Notes: generated from the letters alone by a model not told the origin. A stretch of DNA of 63,064 nucleotides, filler included, from Hyphochytrium catenoides (GCA_900088475.1; 11 parts of 11 records of this genome joined end to end with filler, not necessarily neighbours in it), one strand, 5' to 3'. Counted from the first letter of the whole stretch, positions 23,801 through 37,261 are shown. Translations and numbers: made by a program.

Positions 23801-26800
23801 GAAGATAGTTCTTCTCCTGAGAACCGTCAAACCAGCCATTAAAGACCCAGATCATTCGTGAGGTAGAAACTTCCGACTCACCTTAACCTGTGTCAATACC
23901 CATTGTAACGTGGCTTGCAGATAAGCTCCATGAATGGCAGCACATTGGACGTCATAGGAAGACTTCAGTTTTGCAAAAGAACGAAGGGGAAGAAGTGTGC
24001 CTTCTTCAACACCCGCAATAGCGCCGAGCACCCAGTCCTCGGCTAGTGTAACAAGTCGGCTACTTTCTGAGTACGCATTGTTTGTGCCTTCCAACAAGGG
24101 TGATTGAGTGCCACAAAGGAAAATGAGATCAAACAGGGAGCACCAAACCTCCTAATACTCCGCCTCCTTGCCCTATGGAGGCCATGAGCCCATCGAGTAT
24201 TATATCTGCCTCGGTAAATAGCGGCTTGGCGCGTCCAGCAACCTCAAGATAGACCTCATAGCTCGTTGTAGCTGACGACAAAAAGCCAAGGTAGAGAGAT
24301 GCTTGGCATTTCACTTTAGCGAGAGCTAAGGCCACCTCAGCTTCGTGGTATCTCATAGCTTCGTCGATTTCAACCCCTGAAAGTTAGACTTAGCACGGTT
24401 ATAAGAAAGCATGGTAGGCGATCAAGTAACGCAAGAACCTAAAAGGATATACAAGAGCATAAGACGGATGGCTTGCCAGTCCTGCGAGCGATAGAACTAT
24501 ACCTAACGCACTCAGCTGGTTCTGTGCACTGGACCTATCACAATATTGGAGGACGAAGTTGCATTTTAGTTTCACTCCCTCCAGCAATTGCTGGCCCTCC
24601 AATGCTTCAAAGTCTGATCGAACGACTTCGATCGGAACCAATCCTTGCAGCAGCTGAACCTCCATAGCACTCTTCGCGGTCTTAGTCTGCAGGTAGACAT
24701 GTAAGGGAGAGATTTAACGAAGGATTCAGTGTGCAGGGGACTAGACTAAAGGAGCCCTGACCGTGGCAGGGCAATGACCTTGGTTTGACCGTGGCAGGGC
24801 AAGAATGGACTTAGGAAGAAAGAGCAGAAGTTACTATAGAGGTATTAGACATTCGAAACAGACGCCATTCACAATGTATGCCTTTGGAGGGCACCGAGGA
24901 CTACTCGAGCCGGCATGGTAGGGAGACAAAGACCTATAGCGTCGCCTTACCAATGCGATATGAATATCTACATCTTTCTTCCGAGCTATCTCCACAACAT
25001 TCCTCAGGGAAAGAGAAGCATTCAAGGCCGCCTGCGCCTGTCCTTTCACCTCCTCCAGCGCCGTGCTCTCTTGAGAGACTTGGCCCTTAAGAACATCGAT
25101 TTCTTGACGGAGCTGTCGCACCCTATGGTCGATGACAAAGTGAAGCAATGTTAGAGGACTCTCGACCATTGGCACTGGTCGGAGGTAAGATGCGCCATAT
25201 GGAGGACACTGACGTACAAGTCACGGAACTGAGTGATGGTCCTTTCTCTATCATCCAGTGAGGCTCGCTGGGTGGATAATTGCACTGCCAAATCCCTAAT
25301 TCGTCGATCTTTGGCCCCGCTCTCAGCCCGTAGCTGGGCTTCTAGCTCTAAGTGATGCTCCTCCAACTCTTCTGACATCTCCTTCAACGCTTCAAGATTT
25401 GCTAGATTGCCTTCTAGATCCTTCACTCGTTCGCTGGTGCGAAAATAAGATGTGGACATAAGCAAGGAAAAGTAAGTACAAAGAGTAGGCTACGCATTGC
25501 CCTACCTCATTTCCAGGTTCTTCTCAGTAATTTTCTCCACCATCTCCTCATAAACATTGGCGACATCCAGCATCTCCTTAAGCTCTTCTACTTCCTTTTC
25601 CTAGGCGCATTTCAAAAGTGAGAGCGGTTGAGAAGTAAATCGCATTGACATTAATTCACCAGCTGAGTTTTTCGACTCTTTGTCTCAGACAACTCTTCCT
25701 GGACCGCAGCCAACTCCGCACATTGGCGCTCGAAAGCGCGGACCTAAGAGAGAAGAGAGTCATGGTCAGCAGGAAGGAGCCCTTGAAAGTATAGCTGGCC
25801 ATGACGAAGCTGTGAGACTCGAACTACTCTTACCTGTCTTGTCAGATCAGACTTCTCAGCGGTGTGACGCTCATGCAGCGCTTTGATGGCCGTCCGCAGC
25901 TGAGAGTTCTGCTCAATCATGGCCTGAGAGTTGCTGTCGGTGGCAGAACTCACAACTGGAGCTGTGGAAACAAGTGGATGCGAGACAAATGCAATCAATT
26001 GTGAGAGATCTGTCGCCATTGAACAGTAGATCTGATCTCCATTTCATTCCCGCTGGATATTAATTCTTCTCCCTTCCACTCGTTACAGTCTCTTAGTTCG
26101 AATGAAAGCCCGCGCAGCTGTTACCGTTCAGATGTTGCGTCTCTTGGAGAAGCTTTAGCTGGCCCTCTAGCTCCTCAGCCCTCTCCTCAGCGATCTCTCG
26201 TTCCGTCTCAAGAGTTTCCTTGTCCAACGTTAGCATCTCGACCATTTCGTTCGCCTCATCAAGTTGCTGCTGAAGCTCCTCACACCTTCTCTGTGAGGCT
26301 GAAAGCTTGGCTCGCAGCTACCAGGCAAATGTGGGCACCAAAAGGTAAGACTGCCATTCAGTAACAGCCAGAATAAAGGGCATGGTAAGTACCTGGGCCT
26401 CCTCAGCAAGCCATTTTTGTTGGTCAGTAGATGTCTGAGCTGCTTGGCGCTTAGACTCGGAGAGCTCTGCCTCGAGCTCTGATAGCTGTCACATAATCAT
26501 GTGAATGGCGAGTAAGCACAGATGCACCGTAAGCGGACTTCTCCTTCGAGTTGACAGGGAACTGCTGAGCTATGAGAGATATGGTACTTCCATACCTTAG
26601 CTTTCTGGAGAGACATTATACCTTCTAGCTGTGCTACCTCCTCTCTGCTTGTTTGTTCTAAGCCTCTAAGTTTCTTGTTCATTTCGTCTTGCACCATCAG
26701 CTTGGAGATGTCTGAGCTTGAGCGTAGGTCGCTGAGTTGGCGCTCAAACTCCCTTCTTAGCGCCTCAATGTCAGTAGAGCCTGCACCAGTTAATCTATTT

Positions 26801-28087
26801 ATCTGGGGGCGACCAAGAAAAGAAGATTTCTCGAGTGAAGAAATAGCTCCAGTAGACTATGTACCTTCCCCTGAAGCGCCACTGGCTGTTCTTTGAAGGG
26901 ATTCCAGCTGCTTCTGAACGCTGAGGAGCTGCTCCTCCTTCTCTCTGAGCTTCACTTCCAGCTCTGATATCTGAGCTGTTGCCTGCATAGGGTGCGTCAG
27001 CAGCATTCAGGCAAACTCGAATGGTACCAGATCACCTCGCAGCTGATAGCTATGTGAAGATAGTTCAACAGCGCAACACATTACCTGGGAGAGGTCTTCA
27101 TGACGCGTGCCGGATTCGGTCTCGGGACGCCTACTGTCTGCGATTGAATGCATGCATAAGTAAGGAAGTAGCAGATAGTTAGTAAGGAGGTAGCAGAGGC
27201 CAGCAGGAGGGAAGAAGTAAATTAGCGTAACCGTAAAGTTGAGCAAAATCCGCAGGGAGTGGCAGATATTTTTGAGGCCTCCACAGTTGGGGTGTCTATC
27301 CAGAGCATCACCTTCTACATTGCCGGCATCTTCTAGTGGTTCGAGGTTTGTGCTGCTCTCAGAGATCACACTTTTGCCGTCTTCATCAGTGGCGTCACCT
27401 TCTGTTGTTGCGGATGCGCTCCCCGCGCTCGCGGCGGCCGGGGATTCCACTCTTCCCCTTATACCTTTTGAGAGCGAAGAGCTAGGTGCGCCTTTTGGAG
27501 GTAAGAGCCTGGAGCCTCCAGCGATCGAAGACCGCCTAGATGCCACGGACGCAATTCCTGCAGTCCTGTAACAAATGCGGGAAGCGCGTTTGGGGAAGAG
27601 TTAGCTCAGTTTCGAGGACGTGAATCTGCCTGGCGGCAGCTAAGAGTCTTGCAACCTCGTAGAGCTTTCGGATGGCGAAGAAGCGCTGGAAGCGCGTTTC
27701 TCTTTCATTGCCAGGAGTCTTGACGAGGTTCTCACTGGGGAGGGCCTGGTAGCTCCGCTTGTGATGGTAGCTGAGGCGCCTTCTAGCTTCACCTGATAGT
27801 GCACACCTAGGTTATCTATGTCTTACCCTTACTCCAGTGTCCCGGCGAAATGTTTTCCATACCTGGGATTGTTTGACAAATATGCCATGCATTTCCATGC
27901 ATTCGAAGTACCTTCGTCCTCCTAGCGAACCGTCATTCTTCCCCTCAGCTTTGTCAAGCTCTATGCCGATCCACTCCCCAGCTGCGACGTGAGTGGGTCC
28001 TATGTAGCGAACCACGCCCACTTTACCCGCTGCGACAACTCTATCCCCAACGGTAAACGGGGCAGATGAGCCTCCTGTGGCCGCCAT
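20843..28087 (-). CDS. DCTN1: Dynactin subunit p150Glued, multi-exon
   Basis: N-terminal CAP-Gly (VGDRV..GVVRYIGPTHVAAGEWIGIELDKAEGKNDGS..YFEC..HGIFV), then a basic/Ser-rich linker. Coiled-coil exons carry EMVEMLTLDKE..AEERAEEL, YEEMVEKITEKNLEM and LEALKEMSEELEEHH..ERTITQFRDL. C-terminal EFERALDELHKD and ..DLHQLQHILVG*. Confidence 0.92.
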
Positions 28088-30441
28088 CCTCACCCTAAAT
28101 CTTGGAGGGAATGGCGCAAGGAAACAAGGAACTGAAACTTCTGGCAATGCCCGGGCAATTGCGCCGGCTGCTGACTGACGTTTCACCGAGCGGATGAGGG
28201 ATCTCAGAATGCAGACCTAACTAACTGGATGCATGCTGAAGTGGGAGAAAAGCAAGAGAGCAGGTCAGGCAAGGCTCACTCGCGAGAGACTGCCTCGTGG
28301 CTCCTTCTTCCAACTATCGATCCCCCTCTCTCCTCCACAAAAATGCATTGACTTGGTCCCTCGATAGCTCCTTCCACTTTCCGGCAGTGAGCTAGCGGCC
28401 ACTGCTGGTGCTTCAACCACCCTCTAGGTGACAAATCTTCTACTTACTAGCCCAGACAGGACACATAGTGCTCATTCTTCCTTCTCGACCCGCGACGATC
28501 TCATCTTGATGCAGCCCACTGAGCAGTACAAAATGAAACAAGCAGGAGCTGATCTGGTAAATTTCGGCAACAGGTATGTTATCACGTTGTTATTACCAGT
28601 TACAAGCACTCTTTTCCTGGGGTGAGGAGCCTAGTTTTGGGATGTAACCGAGACTAGGATGTTCCCGAACTTCAGCTCCATCAAAGATACCCAGCCTTTC
28701 AACTTGTTTACAATCCTGAAGTGAGGACGTCATCCGGCCTTCGGCTGCAGGGCCTTCTTGAGCGCTCCCCGTGAAAGTCTCCATCTTCGTCTTTCTCTGC
28801 CATGACGACGCCAGCGTCTGCTGGAGCCACAAAAGAAGGGAAGTCCACAATGTGCTTCATCTTCTTTGTAGGTGAGAGGAGGTAGAGAGGGCCAGGTTAC
28901 TGAACATGGAGACATCACGAAGGAGAATAAGGTGACGGCTTAGTAAATACGAAGGTCGATGAAGTCACTGAAAGAGGTAGAAGAGAGGAAGAGAAGAAGA
29001 GGGAGTGCGAGATCCCTTGAGAGAAGCACAGGCAGACTCTTCTCTCTCTATCAAGAGACAGCTTGGTCGTGTCATCATCCCCAACTCTCAAAGGTTGCAA
29101 CTGCTGCGAGCTGTTGGAGGCTGTACCAGTGCAAGAATGATTATCGGGAGATTGTTACAGAGACAAACAGAAGACTGGAGAAGAAGAGGAACTAGGAAGA
29201 AGGGAATAGCGCGTGGGTTGTGTGAGAGAGAGAGAGAGGAGGGAGGAGGGGGGCATCGTGCCACTACTACTAGGCTTGCTATTATGGTAAACGCCGGCCC
29301 AACGAGTACAGGCGAGCTAAACAGCATGATAGGCTTCCCCCCGCTGCCTTCTTGCCAAGTATGGTGGTGAGTCGTCCGCCATCCCTCGTCTTGCCTCCGT
29401 TGAAGTTGAGGAGCAGTTTCATTCTTGATGTCATGTTTCACTGCTTCTCTTCTTTTCCCTTTCCTCCCCCTATCTTCCTCTTTTCCTTGTTCTTCTCTCT
29501 CCTTTCTCTATCTTGTATCTTTCTTCGAAGGTCTTATGAACCGACCTCTCCGTAAAGGGAGCGAGGAGATGATTACTTCTATGGACAACACCTTCTCCTT
29601 TCTTCCATCTATCAATTATCATGAGACTTCATCACATTCTATGGCTGCTCAGTAGTTGTTCTTCAAGGAACTTTCTTCATAGTCCTGGAAGTATGGAACG
29701 CGACCGACACTTTATGATGGCTGTCCAAGAATCTGCTGGAAAAGATGATAGCGAGTGATGACGTAGAAGAAGAAAGCGAAACCGTTGCTTGTTGATCTGG
29801 AGGATGTAGCGTACGGACCTTTTTCTATGGGGAGTAAGAAGAAGAAGAGGAGCAGCTGCAACTTACTATTAGGACGACGCATTTTTCGGTGGCCTCCTAC
29901 GATTGCGCGGTCGGTCCCGAGTAGCTCTTGCTTGAGGATTCGTCGGAGTACTAGCTTACATATGTGCAGACCTTCATCAGAGCTTCTTCTAAAGGGTTCA
30001 ACACTCATTGATAACTCCTCTCCTCCTGGGAGGTAGGCAAGACGAAGATTGACCTAGTCCAACCTCTGAAGCAGCTGAAGGAGTCGGTGAAGCGCAATCG
30101 GAAGACTCGACGAATGATAACTTCATGTTTAGACAAATTAGAAAATGGAAGCCTACAGGAAAGGAGCATGGCCCTCACGGCATAAATATTAGATGTACTG
30201 GCGCTCATCGTCCCAACCTGACGCATTCTATGCAACGTGTAGTCCCTTAAACCTCTTTCATTCTCGTTGCTGGCGCTTTGTCTCTCCCTACCCTACGACG
30301 GATAAGTGTAGGCTTTGAACAGGCGCTAGTAGCCGAAGATACTCGTGGGCCCGGGACTGTCAGTTCCCTGCTCTCCTATGTGGAACCGCAACGGCTCGTT
30401 CCTCACAAGCAGGACGGAAGACAAGGGAGACTGTACTACCC

Positions 30442-31326
30442 TTACAGCGGTGGTAAGCCAAGCGACCATCTTCCCTGACCCTTCACATAATACCGCAGGC
30501 ATTGATGTTCGATCATATCAGCATAAGAGAGGTTCTGGCTGAAGCAAACATTCTCCTTGACGTCGTCAGGGACGCAAACGCAGCAGCCAAAGTTGTGATA
30601 GCCGTACCTACACTTAGGGTAAGCAAGTACACCGTAAAGCTCACAGTTAGCAGTTCCATGGACTGCTTCACATCGTGCAAACTGACCGTCATATGACAGC
30701 CCATCGGAAGCTTGCCATGGAAACCCGGTACCGCGGCCATATTTTTTGTACTCAGTTTCCGGCTTGGATATGTAATACCCATTCCAGAAGCAATCTGCCC
30801 CCGGGCACGTCTCAAAAACGTACTTGAAGAGCTCTTCCTGCGTCCCGATGCGCGAAATAGAAATGGAAGATATTTTGTCCTTCCACCTCTTTCCTACCCA
30901 GTTCGTGGTGGTGATAAAGTTAGCCTCCTCCTTAGGGTTGTTCATTGGGCCATCTTCAGACACTCGCACGACGTAGCCTCCAACCAGCTTGATAGATGAA
31001 ATCTTGTCGTTGAGATGGCTAGGCATATCGTAATAACCTTCTGCATCAAAGCATGCAAAATCTCCTCTGTTGGGTGAAGAGTTAGGGAGCAGTTAGAAAA
31101 GTTGAAGAAGAAGAGAGCCAAGTGTCGGACAAGAGAGAGGCTGATGAAGGATCATCATCACGTACCCGAAGTCCACAGCTTCGTAGACGCAGGCGAGAGC
31201 TCCATCATCCGAAGCAGCGCTGGCTGTCAAGGAGAGAAGGGCAGCTCCTCCGGTTGCTAGAAGAAGTAATAAGGCATAGTTTATGTGGCGCCGCCCGCGT
31301 CTTTGCAAAGGTGATGATCGCGCCAT
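30442..31326 (-). CDS. Secreted protein with a beta/gamma-crystallin domain and a Cys-rich module (intron 31165-31067; 3' end uncertain)
   Basis: Hydrophobic leader YALLLLLATGGAALLSLTASA. An in-frame splice gives ACVYEAVDFGGDFACF..NDKISSIK..KDKISSIS (paired Greek keys). Then YGRGTGFPW..RCE..NCE..YPKCRYGYHNFGCCVC. Confidence 0.8.
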
Positions 31327-31684
31327 GGCTGATTGGCAACGACACTTCTTCAACGACTGGATGCTGCGGGGAACTTCTTCGTTCGATGATGGAGAGGCTA
31401 ATACAAGCAGCTTGCCGGCTTGACGAAAGTAGTAAGGTGAGCACGACTTTCGGATTATCTGGCATCTACTTCGGGCTTTCGACCCTGCGCTTGTGTGATC
31501 CTTTTGGAGAATGACGAGGTCAGGGGTGGAAGACAAAAGAGAGTGGAGAGACTGGAGCGGAAGAGGCTGGCCTCCATTGCTACCGCCACGGGAGGGGGAC
31601 GAAGAAGAAGACTGATACGCTAATCTATCTAACTCATCGAACGGGAAACGACGATAGCTCCTTTTATAGATAAATATCATAGGA

Positions 31685-32579
31685 AAATTCTACTATGAAG
31701 AATGAGGGCCTGGATATCAAGGGAAAGGCCAACGTCGTCTGTGACCACTGAGCTGAGTAACTGAGGGCTCTCAGCGAGATGTTCGGCCTCTGGTGGTGGA
31801 GCAATAGAATACAAGTGACCTGTAGATGAAGACAGAGGTCACGATAAGCGACAACCTAGGCAACAGAAAAGGCATTTCTGTTCTTTGACATAGAAACGTG
31901 TACGTCAATTCAGGGGACAGAAACCGTCTCTTTCCCTATTTCTTGGTCTCTATTTTATAAGAATCTAGTAGAAGTAAGATACCAACAGAAGTGAGAGCTG
32001 CTGGATGTGTGTGTCCCAAGGGATTTTGAAGTAGTTTTACTATGAGACTGAACTCCACTATTGCTGATGAAGGAACCAGAAATTCAGACTTAATATCAAT
32101 TGAACTCTCAACTCAGTAAAACTACGTGTAGAAATCAAGTACGAATACAAGTGTGTCGGTTCCTGGAGAACAAGCGGAGCCCACTATTGGAGGCCAGTAG
32201 TAGTTCTACGGCCAGCTTCTTCAAACTCCCATCGGCCCATGAATTACACAGTCACACCATGGATCACACAGTCACACATTCATCAGGGCAGCTCTCACTT
32301 CTCTTGTAATAAAATAATCATTTCTTCTAGGATATTCAAAACACAGAAAAAGAGAAAGAGACGGTTTCTGTCCCCTGAATAGACGTACTAGTACTGTTTG
32401 AGAAAGAAATGCTCGGTCTGTTGCCTAGGCTGTCGCGTGTCCTGACCTGTCTTCATCTTGTTTTACGAGTCCCTTCTTGGTCCACCAGCAGACGTGAACA
32501 TCTTTCTGAGAGAGCCCTCCGCTATTCAGTACAATGGTCACAACGAGGTGGCAAGGCCCTCCATCTTCACAGTAGATTT
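31685..32579. mobile_element. Foldback/MITE-like element with ~300-bp diverged inverted arms
   Basis: Perfect 27-bp inverted match 31908-31934 / 32354-32380. Further collinear inverted blocks: AGAAGTGAGAGCTGC, CCTAGGCAACAGA, AGATGAAGACAG, GAGGGCTCTC, CTACT.TGAAGA. Confidence 0.8.
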
Positions 32580-32824
32580 GTGGGACGAACGGACGTATCG
32601 CGTTGTAGTTCTACTTGTTCCATTGCGCCTTCTGTTTTGTAGTCGTGCTGGCCTTGAAGTGTGTACCTCCCGTCGTGTGTACTTGTAGTCATACCGCTGT
32701 ACTCGTACAAGTAGAACTACGTGCTCTGTGGATTGCTGTTAACATGGTTGTGTAGAACTACTGTTTTATAGTTCCTCCTATTATTACTGTAGCACCACAG
32801 CACCACCCTTCTAATTCTTCGTAA

Positions 32825-33353
32825 GGAGTCCAGGGAGTGGGGGAAATGATGACAAAAAGTCACAGAGCAAGCGAGACTCACTTTACTAGATGCTATGTGA
32901 AGGTGTGGTTCTAGGCACGGGTCAATCGAGGTTATGGTGATATTATGGTCGCTTTTTCTAGGAATACAGGTGAACAAGGAGAGAGTCAGACCTCCACCTA
33001 TCTCTATTTGTAGTGTCAGCGGAGTGGAAGAGTGATGACACCGGTATTATTATTGTGTCGTGGTCAATGACGACACAAAGTCACAGGACACGGGAGACTC
33101 ACTGTACTAAAGGCTATGTGAAGGTATTGTCATGGGTCAATCGAGGTTTGATGGCGTTTTCTAGGAAGAGGGGTGTCCAAAGAGAGAGTCAGACCTCCAC
33201 CTAGAGGCTGCCCAGAGGTATTAATGTCACGGAATGGGAGAGGGTGAGACAGGCATCGATCAATGATGATGAGACAAAGTCACAGGGCATGATGTGAGAC
33301 TCACTTTACTAGAGGCTTCTATGTGAAGGTAGAGTCATGGGCCAATGGAGGTT
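32825..33353. repeat. Diverged tandem repeat, ~200-bp unit, about 2.6 copies
   Basis: AAAGTCACAG..GAGACTCACT.TACTA..CTATGTGAAGGT occurs three times. GAGAGAGTCAGACCTCCACCTA occurs twice. Confidence 0.8.
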
Positions 33354-33479
33354 CGCCCCCTGCTTACTGTCACATAACTAAGGATAGAGCTATAACCGCT
33401 ATTCATAACGCCAGCCAACAGAAATTTTGCTCTAGTACGGGCAGTGCTACAAGTAGAACTACCTAACTCCTCTGACATC

Positions 33480-33925
33480 AGGGCACAAACCGTCCGGGTC
33501 CTCCTTACAAAGAAGCTCTACTTATTCCTAACCGCAAGGATGGGATCTGCTTTACCTGTCTGTTGCCTGGCCAGAGCCGTGGATACAACTTGGTCCAAGG
33601 ATCGGACGGGTCATCTTTAAGTAAGCCCATTTTCGGGTCTTCTTCGGGATTGACCCGAACTTTGACTCTCGCTCGGGTCACCGTATCCCTCCTTCCTCGG
33701 GTGGCCGGGTCATGACTTGAATTACTTGACACGTTTCCCCTCATTGGCCGGGTCCGACCCGTCTTTCGGGTCATCCTCAGGTCACAAATAAGTCTTCTAT
33801 GAGTCATTCGGGTCATAAATAAGTCCTTCAGGTCGCAAACAAGTCTCAAACAAGTCGTTCGGGTCCTTGCCGGGTCCTCGCCGGGTCCCAAACGGGTCGT
33901 CGTTCGGGTCTTGATCAGGTCGGAA
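33480..33925. repeat. Cluster of CGGGTC/GACCCG motifs (possible transposon subterminal region)
   Basis: About a dozen CGGGTC and a few GACCCG copies in ~440 bp, irregularly spaced. Confidence 0.6.
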
Positions 33926-34182
33926 GCAGGTCATATGAGGTGATTGAGGGGAGAAAAAGTGGATGATTATTATGACTGGTTTCGCGAGAAACGCGAAGAC
34001 TTGTATGGGCGCTTTTGGNNNNNNNNNNNNNNNNNNNNNNNNNNNNNNNNNNNNNNNNNNNNTTAATTAATTAANNNNNNNNNNNNNNNNNNNNNNNNNN
34101 NNNNNNNNNNNNNNNNNNCTCTCTCTCTCTCTCTCTCTCACGGGCACTTCTCTCTCTCTCTAGGACTCGACTCTCTCTCTAG

Positions 34183-34219
<37 letters not shown>

Positions 34220-34299
34220 GGGCACTTCTCTCTCTCTCTCGGACTCTCTCTTTCATCTGTACCAGCTTAGTACTGCTGTTCGTCCGAGGGCGAAAGGTA

Positions 34300-34402
34300 C
34301 ATGAGGCCCATTCTTTATCTTCCAGCGCCTTTCTCATCATTAACACCTTCTCCTCACTCCGTCTCCCCTACAAGGGTAAGGCGGCGTTAAGAGTTGAGCT
34401 TA

Positions 34403-34468
<66 letters not shown>

Positions 34469-34822
34469 AGGAGAGAGAGAGGTTAACAGAGAAGCTAGGC
34501 AGAGAAGAGGAGGGAGAGAGAGAGGAGACAGAGACAGAGATGTAGAAGTCTTACATAGCGGAGGAGAGAGTCAACGCTTCGCACGGCAGACCGTTTCCTC
34601 GCCTCATTTCGCTCTGCAACTCCTGAGCTTTGACAAGCCTGGAAATAATCCCAGAGTCATGTCAAGAAGAGAAGAGAGCAAGCCGAAAGAAGGAGAGAGA
34701 GAGTGAAAGAGAAAGTAATATAGATCATGTCACAAAGAGGCTGACCAACACAAATCAAAACAACGAGAAATAAGAAGCTACCAGGGAAGAACCGAGAAGG
34801 AGAGAAGAGGAGACACGAGAGA

Positions 34823-34861
<39 letters not shown>

Positions 34862-36052
34862 NNNNNNNNNNNNNNNNNNNNNNNNNNNNNNNNNNNNNNN
34901 NNNNNNNNNNNNNNNNNAGAGAGAAAGAGAGAGAGAGAGAGTGAGAGAGAGAGAGAGAGAAAGAAAGAAAGAGAGAGAATTGAAGAGTGAGAGAGAGAGA
35001 AAGAGAAATAAGAGAATGAGAATGAGAGTGAGGGAGAGAGAGAGAGAAAGAGACCCAAAAAAGTAAGGCAAAGCTATAATGGATAGTCTTCACGCAGGTC
35101 CGGTCCTACCTTTCTATATTTCTCGCAGAGCCCACTGTGCAGATCTAACAAGGGTAACAAAGGAAAGAGAAACAGCTTGATGAGAGAGAAGTGAGGCGGA
35201 AAAAAGAGGAAACGATGACATTTGACAGTGTCTGACAACCGCCGAACATCTTCGAAAGAGAAAGAATCGCCATCCACGGTGGAGAAAGAGAGAGAGAGGC
35301 ACCTAAACTAAGGGGAAGAATGTGAAGAGCCTTGAGAACGAATGTAGGTAGTTAGGGGAAGAGAGAGAGAGAGAAGAAAGAAAGAAAGACGAGAGAGGGT
35401 GATAGAACGGAGAGAGAAAGAGTGAGTTGTGTGTGTCTGTAAAAGAGAAGGAGAGAGGAAAAGGTGATGAGGTCAGTCTTGACCTGGAGGTGCTGGGTCT
35501 CCGCAGATGCAGGGCACCGTGAGCTTTCGTCTTCCTTCTGAGCTAGGCTCGCCCTAACATAAGCAATGCAACCTTCAGAGAGGAGACAGCGACAGGGAGG
35601 AACAGAGAGCTAGAGACAAGAGAGAGAGAGAGAGAGAGAGAGAAGAGAGAGATAGGACCAAAAAGAGAGAGAGATGAGAGGGAGAAGCTCAGGATGGAGA
35701 GTACCAATATTGGGAGAGGGGTACAGCAGAGAGACTTAGAGAGAGACAGACAGAGAGAGAGAGAGACAGAGAGAGAGAGAGAGACAGAGAGAGAGAGAGA
35801 GAAACGAGAGGTAGATAGCTAGAGAGAGAGAGAAAGAGACACAGACAGGCGAACAGAGACCTGAGACAGAGAGAGAGAGAACCAGAACTGAGAGGACTAT
35901 TCTTCCTCACCTGCAGCTCTTGGTCAGTCCCCACATTTTGACCCTTCAGTTTGCTAAGCGGGGTATGTAGGGATAGGGGACACTCTTAGCTTTCCTGTTC
36001 ATTCATCTTTTTCTCCTTTTACCCTTCGTTCTCCCTCTCTCTCTCTCTTCCT

Positions 36053-36098
<46 letters not shown>

Positions 36099-36489
36099 TT
36101 CTCTCTCTCTCTCTCTCTCTTCCAACTAGAACCACCATGAGCTTCTTACCTCTCATTTAGCTTCTCCTGCAGGGGACGGTGGACTGGAGACGAGCGTCCC
36201 GGTGAGAGCTTACCTTTCCTGATGATCTTGGGAGAGGGAGGCGCCAGGATAGCGTTCTGCAAAGAGAGAACGAGGGGTTGTTTTTCAAGGTTAATGAATG
36301 AAAGGAAAGAAGATAGAGGAAATGAACAGGGAAAGAAAAGGCGCCAGGCACAGACGCTCTTGAGATAGTAACGAGGAGCCAGTCGAGCAAGGAGTGGGAG
36401 AACAGAGACAGAAAAGAAAGGGTAAGAGAGAGTGTGGAGAGACAGAGAAAGACAGAGAGGGAGTTAAGGCGAAAGGAGAAGAGAGGAAT

Positions 36490-36532
<43 letters not shown>

Positions 36533-37198
36533 CACAGACAGAGAAAGAGAGAGAAGAGCGAGAGAGACGGAGAGAGCACTCCCATAGCGCTGCCTTGCCT
36601 CTATCTTTTCTCGAAGTAGGGTCTCGTCCTCCTCTACCATGCGCATAATCTTCTCCTTCAGCTCTTCATCCTTGCTGTTGAAGGAAAGCAAGGCCTGGAG
36701 CACAAGGAAGTTGTCAAAAAACCCTGGCCTCTTCTCTTCCTTACTCTCTCTCTCTCTCTCTCTGTCGCTGCTCTCCTCTACGGCTGACTTTCTGAGTACT
36801 GACCTCCCGTAGCCTGCTTCTCACTCCATCCTCTTCCTCTGAACAGTCGGACAGACTGACCCGCAAGCCAGCTGAGGGCGCTGTAGGTGTCTCAAGAGCA
36901 GGAGATTGAGGAATTGGCGGCGCAGAGAAAGAAACTCCAAGCTCTTCAGGAGGAGGAGGAAGAGGAGGCATGACAACGACCTCTAGAGAGAGAGGACGAG
37001 GAGAAGAAGGAGGAAGCTCCGGCTCCATCCTTGCGATCGAGAAGAAGCTCCACTGAAGATCTTCGAGCGGCGCTCGTGGTACTGCAGACGGGGAACGCTC
37101 ACATCTACGAAAATCTTTCTTTCCTGCATGTTAAGTCGGTCCTCTCCTACTTTCCTCACTCCCTCCTCTCCCTTTCTGTCCTCGTTCTTATCCCTTGT

Positions 37199-37261
<63 letters not shown>

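Noticed and set aside
24758-24803. 17-bp duplication TGACCGTGGCAGGGCAA in a DCTN1 intron
   Set aside because: A single short local duplication with no further structure; ordinary slippage.
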